Shown here: in pieces, positions 48,960-61,851 of the stretch
How positions within the stretch are numbered: the stretch's first letter is position 1
Layout of the letters: each line of letters opens with the position of its first letter
Assembly (NCBI RefSeq): GCF_006345805.1
Contig: NC_043004.1
Location: forward strand, 35,154,001-35,218,000
Length of the DNA stretch: 64,000 nt
Direction of reading: 5' to 3'
Source: Octopus sinensis
Taxonomy: Eukaryota
Position numbers and translations under genes: made by a program
The notes under the pieces: model-generated
The model's input: only the letters and a program-made list of their open reading frames with translations
The model's database searches: none
What the model was told of the DNA's origin: nothing

Positions 48960-50715
48960 TAACCTGTAAATCCCCAAGTAGTTTACCATTAGTTGTGCTT
49001 CAACACTGCAAAAAAAGACAACCACTCACACATACAATACCTAAATAAGGTTCATCACCATCAACAAATCAAAGAAGTTTTATGTATCACTGCAACACCT
49101 ACAAAGATAATCCCCGAAAAAGCAGATGTGTTTGTGCATCATACAACCTGCGAATGTTCTTCTAAACTGCATAAAATCTCTTCCACTTTTTCCAGCCACC
49201 ACAGCTGGACTTAGCCAGTATCACACTCTTTGAAACAGTCTCCACATTTGCTGTCCAATTCCACCCCATACACCCCAATTTCACACAACACATGCTTAAC
49301 AAAGCATTCCATTCCCTTGCACCCCCGTTTCACTCATGAATACACTCGCTCACTCAAGAGTAAACACTCCTCTAGTTGCGTGAATTCAACAAACCAACTG
49401 ATCTGGTGATGTTTTTCTTTGTCCACAGCAATTCCATCCAGGTATCACTGCTAAATGGTTCCATATCACTCTGGAAGAATTTATTCCAATCTCTGAAATT
49501 GGTATACTGTGTCTCATTCTCTAAAATAAAAGACCAGTCACTCTGACTGAAAAAACCTCTGATGTAATGCACTCAAAGGTCATTTAAACAGTTGTCACCA
49601 ATCACTCCATCCAGTCTCTTGTCGTTAGTGACCCTAAATGCAGTTTGCTTTTAAACACATGTACAGAACATTTACTCTTCTATGGTATTCAGAAAGTCAA
49701 TTTAAAGCAATGTTGGGCTTGACATTAGAAAATCATTTAACATTGAACATATCCAAGCTAAGTTACCTACCTACCAGAAGGTTCTTGTCAAACTACAACA
49801 AACTCTAACTGACCCACATTAACTCCCAGATACCTTCACGATTCAGTAATGTCTTAGACACTCACTCTTCTGTACATTCACAACTGACTCACTGTCACAT
49901 CTGACGACACCCATTCCTACAGATGATGATGAATATCTCCATACACACATCATGCATAAATAGCTCTTTCTAGACATATACTGAATCCATAAATAAGACT
50001 GACTTGAGATTATCATTTACTGAGGATATGAGTAGCAAAGACTCAGTACAGATATCGCAAAGTGATAGTCTTATTCCTCAGACTCAGTTGCCAAGAACTG
50101 TACACAAGTATAGCCTGTAAACTTGCTACAAACCTTGAGCCAGCTTCAAAATTTCTGATGATCTCTTATAGTGACTCCCACCTATTCAACATTGACCAAA
50201 CTGTATCACAGAAACCAGGCTCTCTTTAAAGAAAAGAACCACTTCCTTTCTAAGTAGATGGCAGTCTTCAAGAAAGTTTAGGAAAGAGGTCTGTTGGAGT
50301 ACTATGCACCCTAATATTGTGGACTAATTTCAAAAGAAACTTATTAAACTTTGTTAATGAAACATTTATGACCATACTTGTAGCTCATGGATGTGCTGTT
50401 TCTTCTTTTTGTCTCTTGTATCACTACTGCAGTAGCCTCTGCACTACTGAACCTTATACCCTCTACAAACTGCCCAACTTGATCATCAGTCCTTCTTTCT
50501 CCCAACACCCCAGACACTCTATCTTAAACACTTCTCCCAATCCCCTTCCCACACAACAAAGGCCATCTGGAATTCATTCACTTCTCAGGTTTTTCAAACT
50601 GGCCCCCAACCTACAGATATTCCAGCTAAACATCAACTGTATCAATCTTACCTGTTTGGTAAAAGTTTCAAAGATTATGGACACTAAAAAGTTGAGTCAG
50701 TTCTCTGCCATTTAA
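48960..50715 (+). other. C/A-skewed block, possibly a very old LINE (ORF1-ORF2 junction)
   Basis: Strand compositional skew; LQIFQLNINCIN near 50610 resembles an apurinic-endonuclease N-terminus; otherwise unassignable. Confidence 0.25.
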
Positions 50716-51005
50716 CAATCAATGGATCATTAAGCTCAGACAACGAAATATATAATTACTTTTACTGCAACATTTCTCATTTAAAGTTAAAACAAAATAT
50801 TTTAAAGTGAAATGTTATCAAAATAATCTGTTGTACATGTCTTTTAGATCCATGTCTCTGAGGTGTTCTTTATTTTTTTTCTGAAGACCAGTTACAGGTG
50901 ATGTAAGTGAGCCTTAGCTGCTATTCGTAGCAGATTGAGCATCTTTATAATGAATGCAGCTATGAAGTGAAGGATGAAATTATATTTAAATATCACATTT
51001 TCTAA

Positions 51006-51220
51006 CCCTTTCGTTACCAACCCAGCTGAAACTGGCTCTGTAGTACAAATGTCTTGTTTTCATAAGTTTTGAATTAAAATCTTCCACCAAACCGTAGTCA
51101 CAATTTATGTTCCTAACACTAGCTGAATGATAACTAAGTTATTTTACTAAATTCTTTGTGTTTCTTTCAATTACTTTAAATATAACAGAGCATCTCAACT
51201 TAAATACAGTAACGAAAGGG
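51006..51220 (+). mobile_element. piggyBac-type MITE (215 bp)
   Basis: TIR CCCTTTCGTTAC / GTAACGAAAGGG; flanks CTAA and TTAA. Confidence 0.8.
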
Positions 51221-51613
51221 TTAAAAATAGGTATAGTTGTTTCTTTGGTAGCTTTGTGGGTAAAGGTGCTTTATAAGCAGAGGCATATGTTGAGGTGGAG
51301 GGTTTCAATCTCTGCCAAGTATTATAAAAGAGTTTTAATATTTACATGTTTTCTATCTAGTTAGATTGGAGGGGAAAACGAAGTGGGGTGGATAATTTTT
51401 ACTTGGATTTAATGGTTCAGTGAAAGAGATGGATAGAATAAGGACCTGCCTTGGAAAAAATTAGTTACCGGGATCGATTTATTTAATCAAAACCTTCAAG
51501 AAGGTGCCCCAGGTCAGTCCCACTCAAACAACTGCAAGAAAAAAGAAATCCTTCAGTGCATTGAACTCTGTATCAGGATGCTTCTATATTGCTTGCTATT
51601 GTCTCCACCCACA

Positions 51614-52250
51614 AGACTAATGTAATCAATAACCAATCATTAGACTAGAGTTAAATATCTCTTATTTTGTATAAGTAGTATTACTGGCTTTATGGCCTAG
51701 TGGTTGGTTACAAAAAAATACAGCAGGGTAGATGGAGGTTTCAGTCTCAGGTAGGGATTGTGATGTGATGTTAGTTTTATTTTTTTCTGTAAATGGAGAA
51801 GAGGGGGGGACCTCAGGCCAAGATTGTACCTTTGTTAAAGTGGCCTGTGTGTTGCTGTACCCATGTCTTTACCCACAAGACCATTGAGACAACAGCAATA
51901 ACTAGTGTGAAAATAATATATTTAAACCTATCAGACTAATGTAATCAATAACCAATCATTAGAATAGATTTAAATATCTCTTATTTTGTATAAGTAGTAT
52001 TACTGGCTTTATGGATAAGGGTGTTTGGTTACAGACAAGACAGTGAGGTAGATTGAGGTTTCAGTCTCAGGTAGGGATTAGTGATAAGATCTCATTTAGT
52101 TTTATTTTTCTCTAGAGATGTATTAAAAGGGGGAAGAAAAAAAAACACAATCAGTATAGGCCATGGGCCAAGATTGATCCTTTGTCCAAGGGGTATATGT
52201 GTTGCTATGTCTGTATGTCTTTACCCACAGGACCATTGAGACTATAGCTA
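51614..52250 (+). repeat. Tandem duplication, period ~319 bp
   Basis: AGACTAATGTAATCAATAACCAATCATTAGA at 51614 and 51933, colinear to ACCATTGAGAC. Confidence 0.9.
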
Positions 52251-52514
52251 TTTGAAGTGGTGGTGTTCATGGTTTTCTGTGACTTTAGTAATATTTGAGA
52301 GGAGAATGTAAAATGCTCCAGAACACAACATGCTACCTGATTCAGGAATTTATCTCAGCCTTAATGATTATAAACTGAACAACCTAACCACAAGGCCTTG
52401 CATTTTCATGGCAAAGTCAGTAGAGTGATGGGTTGATTTCCATTTATATCCTGGGTTCAAGTCCTGCCAAGTCCAGCTTAGCCTTTCATTCTTCTGGGGG
52501 TCAATAAAATAAAG

Positions 52515-53408
52515 TGTGAGCCGTGACTGCTGAGGACATGAATAACCTCGCAAGGAATAAATCCAGTATGATCCGATGGATGTGTAATGTCAGCGTGCAT
52601 ACTCGACAGAGTGTAAGTACCTTGAGAGAAAAGTTGGACCTAAGAAGCAACAGATGTAGTGTGCAAGAGAGACGACTGCACTGGTATGGTCATGGGGTGA
52701 GAATGGATGAGGATAGCTGTATGAAAAAGTGCCACACCCTAGCGGTTGAGGGAACATGTGGAAGAGGTAGACCCAGGAAGACCTGGGATGAAGTGGTGAA
52801 GCATGACATTTGAACATTAGGCCTCACAGAGGCAATGACTAGTGACCAAGACTTTTGGAAATATGCTGTGATTGAGAAGACCCAGCAAGCCAAATGAGAC
52901 AATAACCTCGTGGCCTATGCCATGGGTGTAACCAGCCCACTTATGCGTACCTTTCCTTCATTGGACACTGCTTGAGGCAAGTGAAATTGAAAGCGAAATC
53001 AAATTCGATGAGTGACATCTGTGCTAGTGGAGCGCGAAGAGCACCATCCGAGCGTGATTGTTGCCAGAGCAGCTAACTAGCTTCCGTGCTGGTGGCACAT
53101 AAAAGACACCATTTGGGCATGATCATTACCAGCGTCGCCCTACTGGCACTTGTGCTGGTGGCACGTGAATAAACATTTGAGTGAGGTCGTTGCCAGTGCT
53201 GTTGAACTGGCCTTGTGCCAGTGGCATGTAAAAGCACCCACTACACTCTCGGAGTGGTTGGCATTAGGAAGGGCATCCAGCTGTAGAAACTCTGCCAGAT
53301 CAAGATTGGAGCCTGATGCAGCCATCTAGTTCGCCAGCTCTCAGTCAAATTGTCTAACCCATGCTAGCATCGAAAGTAGACATTAAACTATGATGATGAT
53401 GATGATAT
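52515..53408 (+). mobile_element. RTE LINE 3' fragment
   Basis: MIRWMCNVSV..LREKLDL..QERRLHWYGH..VEGTCGRGRPRKTWDEVVKHD; 3'UTR with four hairpin units; (GAT)n tail. Confidence 0.95.
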
Positions 53409-54060
53409 TATTTACCGGAACTATTTCTTCATTGTTCTCAGATTAAATTAAAAGCAATACATCATATCTCAACAATATTTTTAATGAAATTAGAAATGTT
53501 CCATTATCAAATTCAGATTAACAATGGACAAAATACAACTTCTTCCTTTCTACAAGAGTTATTCACACAAACGCAAATCTGTTGCTTTAAATAGAAATCT
53601 CTTTAAGATATGGTTATCAAGTTTTATCTTATCACCAGAACCACAGTTTGAGATGTCAAGTTCCAGTTCATCTGACTATCATAAAGAATCCTAATGTCTT
53701 ACACACTGTAAACAGTGGAATCATAATGATATTGGTAATTAATTCAATATCTGTTTGTGACTATGGCACCGGTTCTAGCGTGCCATGGTAGTGGCATGAT
53801 CTCTGTTCTACAGACATGCAGACAGCAGAGATTACTGTTTATATCTCCATTATTCCATTATTTTCTGGTTCTTTGAAATCTTTTATGACAGAACAAAAAT
53901 TGTTTAAAAATAATAAATTTCATGTAAAGTTTATAATGAATTGAGTGGACCATGAGAAAATACACGGAAGCCAGTGGTTAATATATTAAGCAGAAAAAAA
54001 CTGCCTGAAGTATTCTCAAATAAAAAGTAATAATAGATTGTTGCTAATATTAGCAATGGA

Positions 54061-54505
54061 GAAGGCAACGAGCTGGTAGAATCATTAGAAGGCGGCAAGC
54101 TGGCAGAAACATTAGCATGCTGGGCGAAATGCTTAGCGGCATTTCATCTGCTATGTTCTGAGTTCAAATTCCGCTGAGGTCGACTTTGCCTTTCATCCTT
54201 TCGGGGTTGATAAATTAAGTACCAGTTACACACTGGGGTTGATGTAATCAACTTAATCCGTTTGTCTGTCCTTGTTTGTCCCCTCAATGCTTAGCCCCTT
54301 GTGGGCAATAAAGAAATAAGAATCATTAGAATGTCAGGCAAAATGCCAAGCAGCATTTCGTCCTTCTTTACATTTTAAGTTCAAATCCTGCTGAGGTCAA
54401 CTTTGCCTTTCCAGGGTCAATAAAATAAGTATCAGTACTAGGGGCAGTGTAATCAACTTGAACCCCTCCCCTCAAATTACTGGCCTTCTGACAAAATTTG
54501 AAACC
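54061..54505 (+). mobile_element. Long-tail SINE (54091-54318) inserted in a short-tail SINE
   Basis: 13-bp TSD AGAATCATTAGAA at 54078-54090 and 54319-54331. Confidence 0.9.
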
Positions 54506-57129
54506 AATATCAGCCATAGAGTGCAGTGTATGTTTGAAAGATATCTTCATTTATTGTATTGGTGGACTTGGATATCATGGCAGTAGTTACACTTCAACTA
54601 AATACCAAACAAGAACTGACTGCTGTCTCTGTTTAATTAACACCAAGCACCAGGAGAAAACTGAAAGCTTAGTTACCTAACCAACACTATAAAGTTTGAG
54701 GGCCTGGCTGACACCATTTTTGCTCTTTTGATTTGAATATTTAGTCAGAGACTTGGAGGAGGAATGCTAGCATATTCCATTTCTGGAAAAGATTATGTTA
54801 CAAATACAGTGTTACACTTTAACTAAGTTTTTTTTTTATATGTTGTAAATAGTGAATAAAATATTTCCATATTTTATCTGAATTTTGTTAGAAAATGTAC
54901 CAGTCACTGGCAGAAAGTTAACAGTTGTCCTGATGTTCAATTAAACTCTCCGAATGCAATGATCGGAATTTATGCCACAGCACTTTATATCGTTATATGG
55001 TTGCATTCTGAAGTAGCAAACATAATAATTTGATTTAGATACTACGGATATCAAATAAAGCAAATGAGAATTAAATCAAGATGAAGAAACGAATCAAACA
55101 TAGAATTAGTTTTATATAATCCCAAGAAAAACAACATGAGCCAAACTAATAGAAAACCTTTCAATGAAGAAACAAGATAATTTGCAAAGATATTGATTAG
55201 TAACAGATTAGAATCATAACAATCTAACAACATCCAATATATGCCATAATGTTTCTTTAAAGAATCAGACATTTCTATCTGTTTTGCTCTTATTTTATAT
55301 AGTATTTATTTATTTCTAAATATATTATGCTTTTGTGTTGTTAGTTCAACACAAAGATCAATAACTGTTTCATGAATTTCAGGTGTTTGTGATCAAAAGA
55401 TTTTCTTTCAACCACAGGTGTTCTTTAGAAAAATCACTGGAAGAACAGGAAATTTCTGTCAATGTTTAAAGAAATTTTTTCTCACAAAACACCAAATTCC
55501 ATGCTTTTAAGTAGCAAATGGTAAAATGGAATAACTTCCCAAGTCACTTAATTCCAAATGAGAACAATACAGCTTCAAGAACAAAAGTGTTCCGTGGAGT
55601 TCTTGACAAATTTAATAGTAATTCTATTAGTAGCTCCATAGATGTAATACTTGTCACAATAGCTAACCCCATCATCATCATCATCATCAACAACAACAAT
55701 CAGTCAAGATCAGTATATAAATATGATTGGTTACATCAGATTACATTATGTTTGTGTTAGAATAAAGAGGAAGAGGGGGAGGATGAAGAGAAGGAGGAGG
55801 TGGAAGAGGAGAGTACTTAATACAACATTTTATAGAATATATTTATTCATTTAGTGAATGGTGAACTTTCACAATATCAGAACATCAAGTTCAAAGTTGC
55901 TATTTTATCAAATGACTCACTGATTACCAAACCAGGAATTCAGAACAGCCATAGAGGAGATCTTCTAGTTCAATTAAACCATCACTTTCCGCATATTTTT
56001 AATTATCACCTCACCCCTTTTTCTTTTAAAATTACTGTTTCAATGCCCCCTTGACAAAATTAAGTACACCAGAATAACATTGCTGCCAACATGTTCATTG
56101 CCCTTAAAAGACTTCTTGTATATAAGTTATTTCATCAATGAAGTCTGGAATGTCAAAGCAATATTTTAATCACAACTGCAAGCCCGATGATTAAAATTTT
56201 AGAATATTTTTGAAAATTAGAGCAACTTACCACCCTCACCACCACCTTTGTCTCCTGTACCCATATAAAATTTCCCACTGTCCCTAGGTGTGATATTGTC
56301 AATTTTGAGAAGTGCTGCAGTAAGTCATTACATCATCATCATCAGCATCATTTAACTTCCCTGTTCCATGCTGGTATGAGTTGCATGGTTCGACAGGATC
56401 ACATGGGTCCAAAGACTGCATCATGTTTCCGTATCTGTTTTGCTGCTGGATACTTTATTCTTGCTACCAGCACTAGTGAACCCACTGTTCAGTTAACAAG
56501 ACATTGAGCCTAAAGCTACAAACTTTATACAAGGAAATAGCGGGGAGGGGGGTGTTTAAAGATGGGTAAAAGTATGAGAAAAAGAGCAAGGGCAGAACAG
56601 GTTTCTTGATGCATTTAATTACATTTAATCACATGACTTCTCACATTTTAGAAAAGAAGATGGGAGTAACTGAGTGTGGTTGGCAAGAGGTAAAAATAAA
56701 GATACCAAAATGGACCTTCAAGAGACAGGTAGAAATTTGTGAAGCAGAGGAAACAGGTGTGAGGAGATGGCTGACAGCAGAAAAGTAATGATAAAGGATA
56801 GACAGGAGAAGAACGAGAAAGGAATGATGTTGGATAGGTTGCAAGAGTTGGGTGAGAAAGAGAGAGACATGAAGAGAGATAAGTGGTGGCTCAGTGGTGA
56901 GGGGAATCGATGAAAGTATGGATGGATTGAACAGTATCGATGGGAGAAGGGTAGATAACAAGTGGAATGATTCTGGGTAGAAAAGTAAATCGTTTCAAGG
57001 AAGAGATGCAGGTAGGAAAGTGATGGGTGGTGGAGAGTATCTTGTGAAGGAAGGGAATCATGGGAGGTGCCCACTGGTGCATACACTCATAGCTCTACCA
57101 GACAGGACTGAGGTGTGTCAAGATGGGCT

Positions 57130-57860
57130 GGTCTGCTTAAGAACCACATATCACCAGTTATTCCAGTCTTTTGTCATCTTTTTGAGGTTCAAAATCATGA
57201 GATCTGTTTTCACCACTTCATCTCATGTCTTCCTGGGTCTCCCACATCAGCAAGCTCCATTTATATGAAAAATTGGTACTTCTTGTCCCCATCCATCGCA
57301 GCTGTACTAGTCTAGTCTTTTTTCTTGCACACTACTTCGGGGATTCCTCTTGTGCTTTGTTTTTCACTCAACACATTTGTGCTTCATGGCACATAAAACG
57401 GCACCATTCGAGTATGATTGTTACCAACGTCGCCTTATTGGCACCTGTGCTGGTGGCATGTGTAAAAAGATCCAAGCAAGGTCATTGCCAGTACCGCCTG
57501 ACTGGCCTCATGGCACGTAAAAAGCATCCACTACACTCTCGGAGTGGTTGGTGTTAGGGAGAGCATCCAGCTGTAGAAACTCTGCCAGATCAAGATTGGA
57601 GCCTGGTGTAGCCATCTGGCTTGCCAGTCCTCAGTCAAAATCGTCCAATCCATGCTAGCATGGAAAGCGGACGTTAAACAATGATGATGATGATGTTCAT
57701 GCATATCTACATTGCACATCCAACATAGCATGCTTGCTTCATTTGTTTCCCGTCTTCTCAAGTCCTCTTCATCCAACACCAAGGTCTCATTCACTACCGT
57801 GCAACATTACAATTCTAACTCAAAAGTCATCTGCATACACGCAATCCACGAGGCAAGGAC
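57130..57860 (-). mobile_element. Old RTE ORF2 C-terminal fragment split by an antiparallel RTE 3'UTR (57389-57695, +)
   Basis: Minus strand ETLVLDEEDLRRRETNEASMLCWMCNV continues to GRPRKT*DEVVKTD; TTCATG duplicated at 57383-88 and 57696-701. Confidence 0.8.
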
Positions 57861-58482
57861 ATTTAGCTCACCATCATGGACAATAATCTACCCACCCCCA
57901 AGACAATTATCCCTTTAAAACTTCTTAATATTATCAGAGAGGGGGTAATTGTCTTGATACGGCAATCCACAGTTATGGAATCCAGACTAAAGCTCTGACA
58001 TTGAATACTTTAATGAATATCAGCATTTTTAAAATTATATTTCAAGAATTTGCCAAATATTACATCCATTCAACACACCACTGCTGTATATGCAATGCAT
58101 GTACATGCACAGGCATTATACGCTTAGATATAATTGCATGGCATTTGAGTAAGTATTATGTTACTTAATAACCTCGTTAAAATAATTCCAGAATGAATTG
58201 ATGATGACTCTTTCCTTCTTTTCTCTCTCTCTCACTTTGAGAATTAGGCTTCATCCATCACTGAGTTCAATTCCATCATTAAGTTCTTCATTGCTTTTAG
58301 CAGAGTTTATTTATATATGGACTTGGTTTCAAGTCTGGGGAGAAAAACTTCTTTCTTTCTTCCCATCAGACTCAGGAGCCTTGGAAAGAGTTATACAAAG
58401 ACTAAGCCATTAAGATGAAGATACATAAATATGCAGGTGTGTGTGTGTAGTGTGTATATACATGTACATTGACATACATACA

Positions 58483-58524
<42 letters not shown>

Positions 58525-58812
58525 GAGAAAGGGAGAGGGGTGGACGGAGATAGATAGGTATGTAGGTAGATAGATATAAGCAAAGTATAAAATGTCAGGC
58601 GGTACATACTCCTTATGAAATAATTCCATCAATTAGATCTCCTTGATTTCAGCTGCATAGACCTCTATCAAACTCCTCCATATTGGATTACTATGTGGTT
58701 TGCAAGCTGGGTCTGCTGGAGCACCTTTCTATGATAGCCACATGATTCTATAAATCATATATTACACTAGAAATATATATGCATATATAGGTATGTGTGT
58801 GTGTATGTATTT

Positions 58813-58857
<45 letters not shown>

Positions 58858-59067
58858 TATGTGTGTGTGTATGTATTTATACATATATATATATATACAA
58901 AGTAAGATAGGGGTTATGGGTGTAACCCACTATGGGATAGTATTTATCCAATATACTGTCAGTACAGTACCCAGATTCTTAATACATAAATGTTTTTAAT
59001 TGCAATGCAATTTAATCATTTATTGTATTAAACGGGTGAAGGTAAAGAAATATTTTTACCGTAAATT

Positions 59068-59293
59068 TATAATACAAATAAGAAAATGGAGAAACAAATT
59101 TAGTTTGTTCATCAACTTTCAGATATTAGAATGTTGGATTATTTATTCATTCAACAAAATGAGAACCTATAAGGTATATATGTATGATATTGGGGTTCTC
59201 ATTTTGTTGAATGAATAAATAATCCAACATTCTAATATCCGAAAGTTGATGAACAAACTAAATTTGTTACTCCATTTTCTTATTTGTATTATA
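59068..59293. repeat. 226-bp near-perfect palindrome (100-bp arms, 26-nt loop, 2 mismatches)
   Basis: Arms 59068-59167 and 59194-59293 compared base by base. Confidence 0.95.
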
Positions 59294-59302
59294 TATATAT
59301 AT

Positions 59303-61048
59303 ACCTATGTATAGATGCCCAGAAGGCGACCAGCATAGAAAAGAAGGGTCTGGAAGCTTAAGGATCTTCTGAATGGACAGAGATTTAGAGATGAATTACT
59401 TGAAGATTCTGACAAAAAAGAGGAGGATATAGCATCACAGACAACTGGAGGTTCCTATGGGACAACCAGTTGAGGGCTACTGACCAGATCTGTGGATGGT
59501 GCAAAGTACCCTCCTGACCTAAGGTAACATGGTGGTGGAACAATGTAGCTGACAGGGACATGGAAGAATGTTGGTAGCAGGGAACTGTATCAGACTGCCA
59601 GAAGGGAAGCTAGGAGACAGGTTTACTTAGCCAGAGGGGAAGCAGATAAGAAAAAATTTGCCAATGTTCTGCATCGTGAGGACCAAAGACTTGAAGTGTT
59701 TCGTGTTGCAAGACAGTGTGTGAAAGAAAACTGATGTCATAGGAGAGTAATGTGTCTGCACGGATGATGGCTCACTTGCATTTAATGGTGCTGCAAAACG
59801 AGAGACTTGGAGACACCACTGTGAAAGGTTGCTAAATGGAGAGAATGGATGGGAGAAAGAAAGTCCGCCAAATGTCAGCCCAACAGAGGGATCAGCTATC
59901 CAAATTGACAGTACCTTTGTAGATAAAGCAATTAAGGGTATGAAGACAGGGAAAGCCCCCAACCCTTCAGGAATCACCGCAGAGATGCTCAAAATATCTG
60001 GTGGTGTCGGCTATAGTCTAGTCACCTGTATAGTCAATCAGGTGACACATGAAGGAGTCATACCCAAAGGTTGGTGTAGCAGCACCATAGACAACTGCTA
60101 CAAAGGTAAAGGTGACACATTACATACGAATAATTACAAGTTGTTGGATCAGGCCATAAAAGTCACTGAGAGGGTCATAACCTGACTAATTAGGGAGAGA
60201 GTCAGTCCAGATAAGATGCAGTTTGGGTTTGTGCCAGGAGAAGCACTACTGATACTACACTTCTGGTAAGGCAGCTGCAGGAGAAATTCCTAGACAAAGA
60301 TAAACCTCTGTACTTGGCTTTTGTTGACATGGAGAAAGCCTTTGACAGGATCCCCCCTATCCCTTATCTGGACACAAGAGGCATCAGTTGTGGTATGCAA
60401 GAGAGACAACTGCACTGGTATGGTCATGTGTTGCATATGGATGAGGACAGCTTTGTGAAAATGTGTCACATCCTAACAGTGGAGGAAGACCTTGGATGAG
60501 GTGGTAAAGCATATCCTTCAAATGTTGGGCCTCATGAAGGCAATGACAAGCGACTGAGACCTTTGGAGATATGCTGAGCTTGAGACCGTAGCCATGGTCT
60601 ATGCCAGTGTCACATAACAGACCCATTTAAGAGTACTCTTCAATTATTGGGCATTATGCTATGCTTGAGAAGACCTGTTGAGTCAAATGAAATCATTGTC
60701 ATGGCTGATGCTGGTACCACCTAACTGGCCCCCATGCCAGTGGCACATAAAAAGCACAAGACAAACATGGTTGATGTCAGTGCTGCCTGACTGGTCCTGT
60801 GCTGGTGGCATGTAAAACGCACCCTTTGAGCGGCTTTGTTGCCAGTGTCACCTGACTGGCCCCCATGCCAATGGCATGTAAAAGCACTCTCTACACTCTG
60901 AGTTGTTGGCATTAGGAAGAGCATCCAGCTGTAGAAATCTTGCCAGATCATATTGGAGCCTAGTGCAGCCTCCTGGCTTGGCAGTCCTCAGTCAAGCTGT
61001 CCAACCCATGCCAGCATGGAAAGTGGATGTTAAATAATGATGATGATG
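59303..61048 (+). mobile_element. RTE LINE fragment with internal RT-core deletion
   Basis: KTGKAPNPSGITAEMLK, MQFGFVPG and LAFVDMEKAFDR joined directly to DTRGISCGMQERQLHWYGH; 3'UTR and (GAT)n tail. Confidence 0.9.
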
Positions 61049-61295
61049 CACTAGTTGTACAGTATCCCACCCATGAGGGATCAAAGCTAGATTGACTGAA
61101 ACGCTTGTAATGATCAATAAATATTCTTGTATATTCCATCTTCCCTCTCTCTCATTAATTAAATACCCAATGAACTGACAAATTCCTGATGTAGATATAG
61201 TGACATGTATAATAATAGTGCAGATCACATCAGCTAACCATAGACAATGAAGCTGCTTAACTAGCAAATTACTAGGTGTATATCATATTTATTAT

Positions 61296-61330
<35 letters not shown>

Positions 61331-61332
61331 TA

Positions 61333-61722
61333 GTCTTTTTACTCTTTTACTTGACTGTGGTCATGCTGGAGCACCACCTTTTAGTTTAGCAAATCAACCC
61401 CAGGACTTATTCTTTGTAAGCCTAGTACTTATTCTATCGGTCTCTTTTGCTGAACCGCTAAGTTACGGGGACGTAAACACACCAGCATCGGTTGTCAAGC
61501 GATGTTGTGGGGACAAACACAGACACACAAACATATACACATACATATATATATACATATATATGACGGGCTTCTTTCAGTTTCTGTCTACCAAATCCAC
61601 TCACAAGGCTTTGTTCGGCCTCAGGCTATAGTAGAAGATACTTGCCCAAGGTGCCATGCAGTGGAACTGAACCCGGAACCATGTGGTTCGTAAGCAAGCT
61701 ACTTACCACACAGCCACTCCTG
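61333..61722 (-). mobile_element. Full-length tRNA-derived CORE-like SINE
   Basis: Reverse complement of the 47031 family. Confidence 0.9.
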
Positions 61723-61781
61723 CACCTATATATATATATGTATAGGAAAAATTTAATCATAATACATACGCAGTGTATATA

Positions 61782-61851
<70 letters not shown>

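Noticed and set aside
56600-57090. Purine-rich block with overlapping ORFs
   Set aside because: Compositionally biased with no assignable motif; probably old TE or low-complexity sequence. The pyrimidine-rich block at 22830-23270 was treated the same way.
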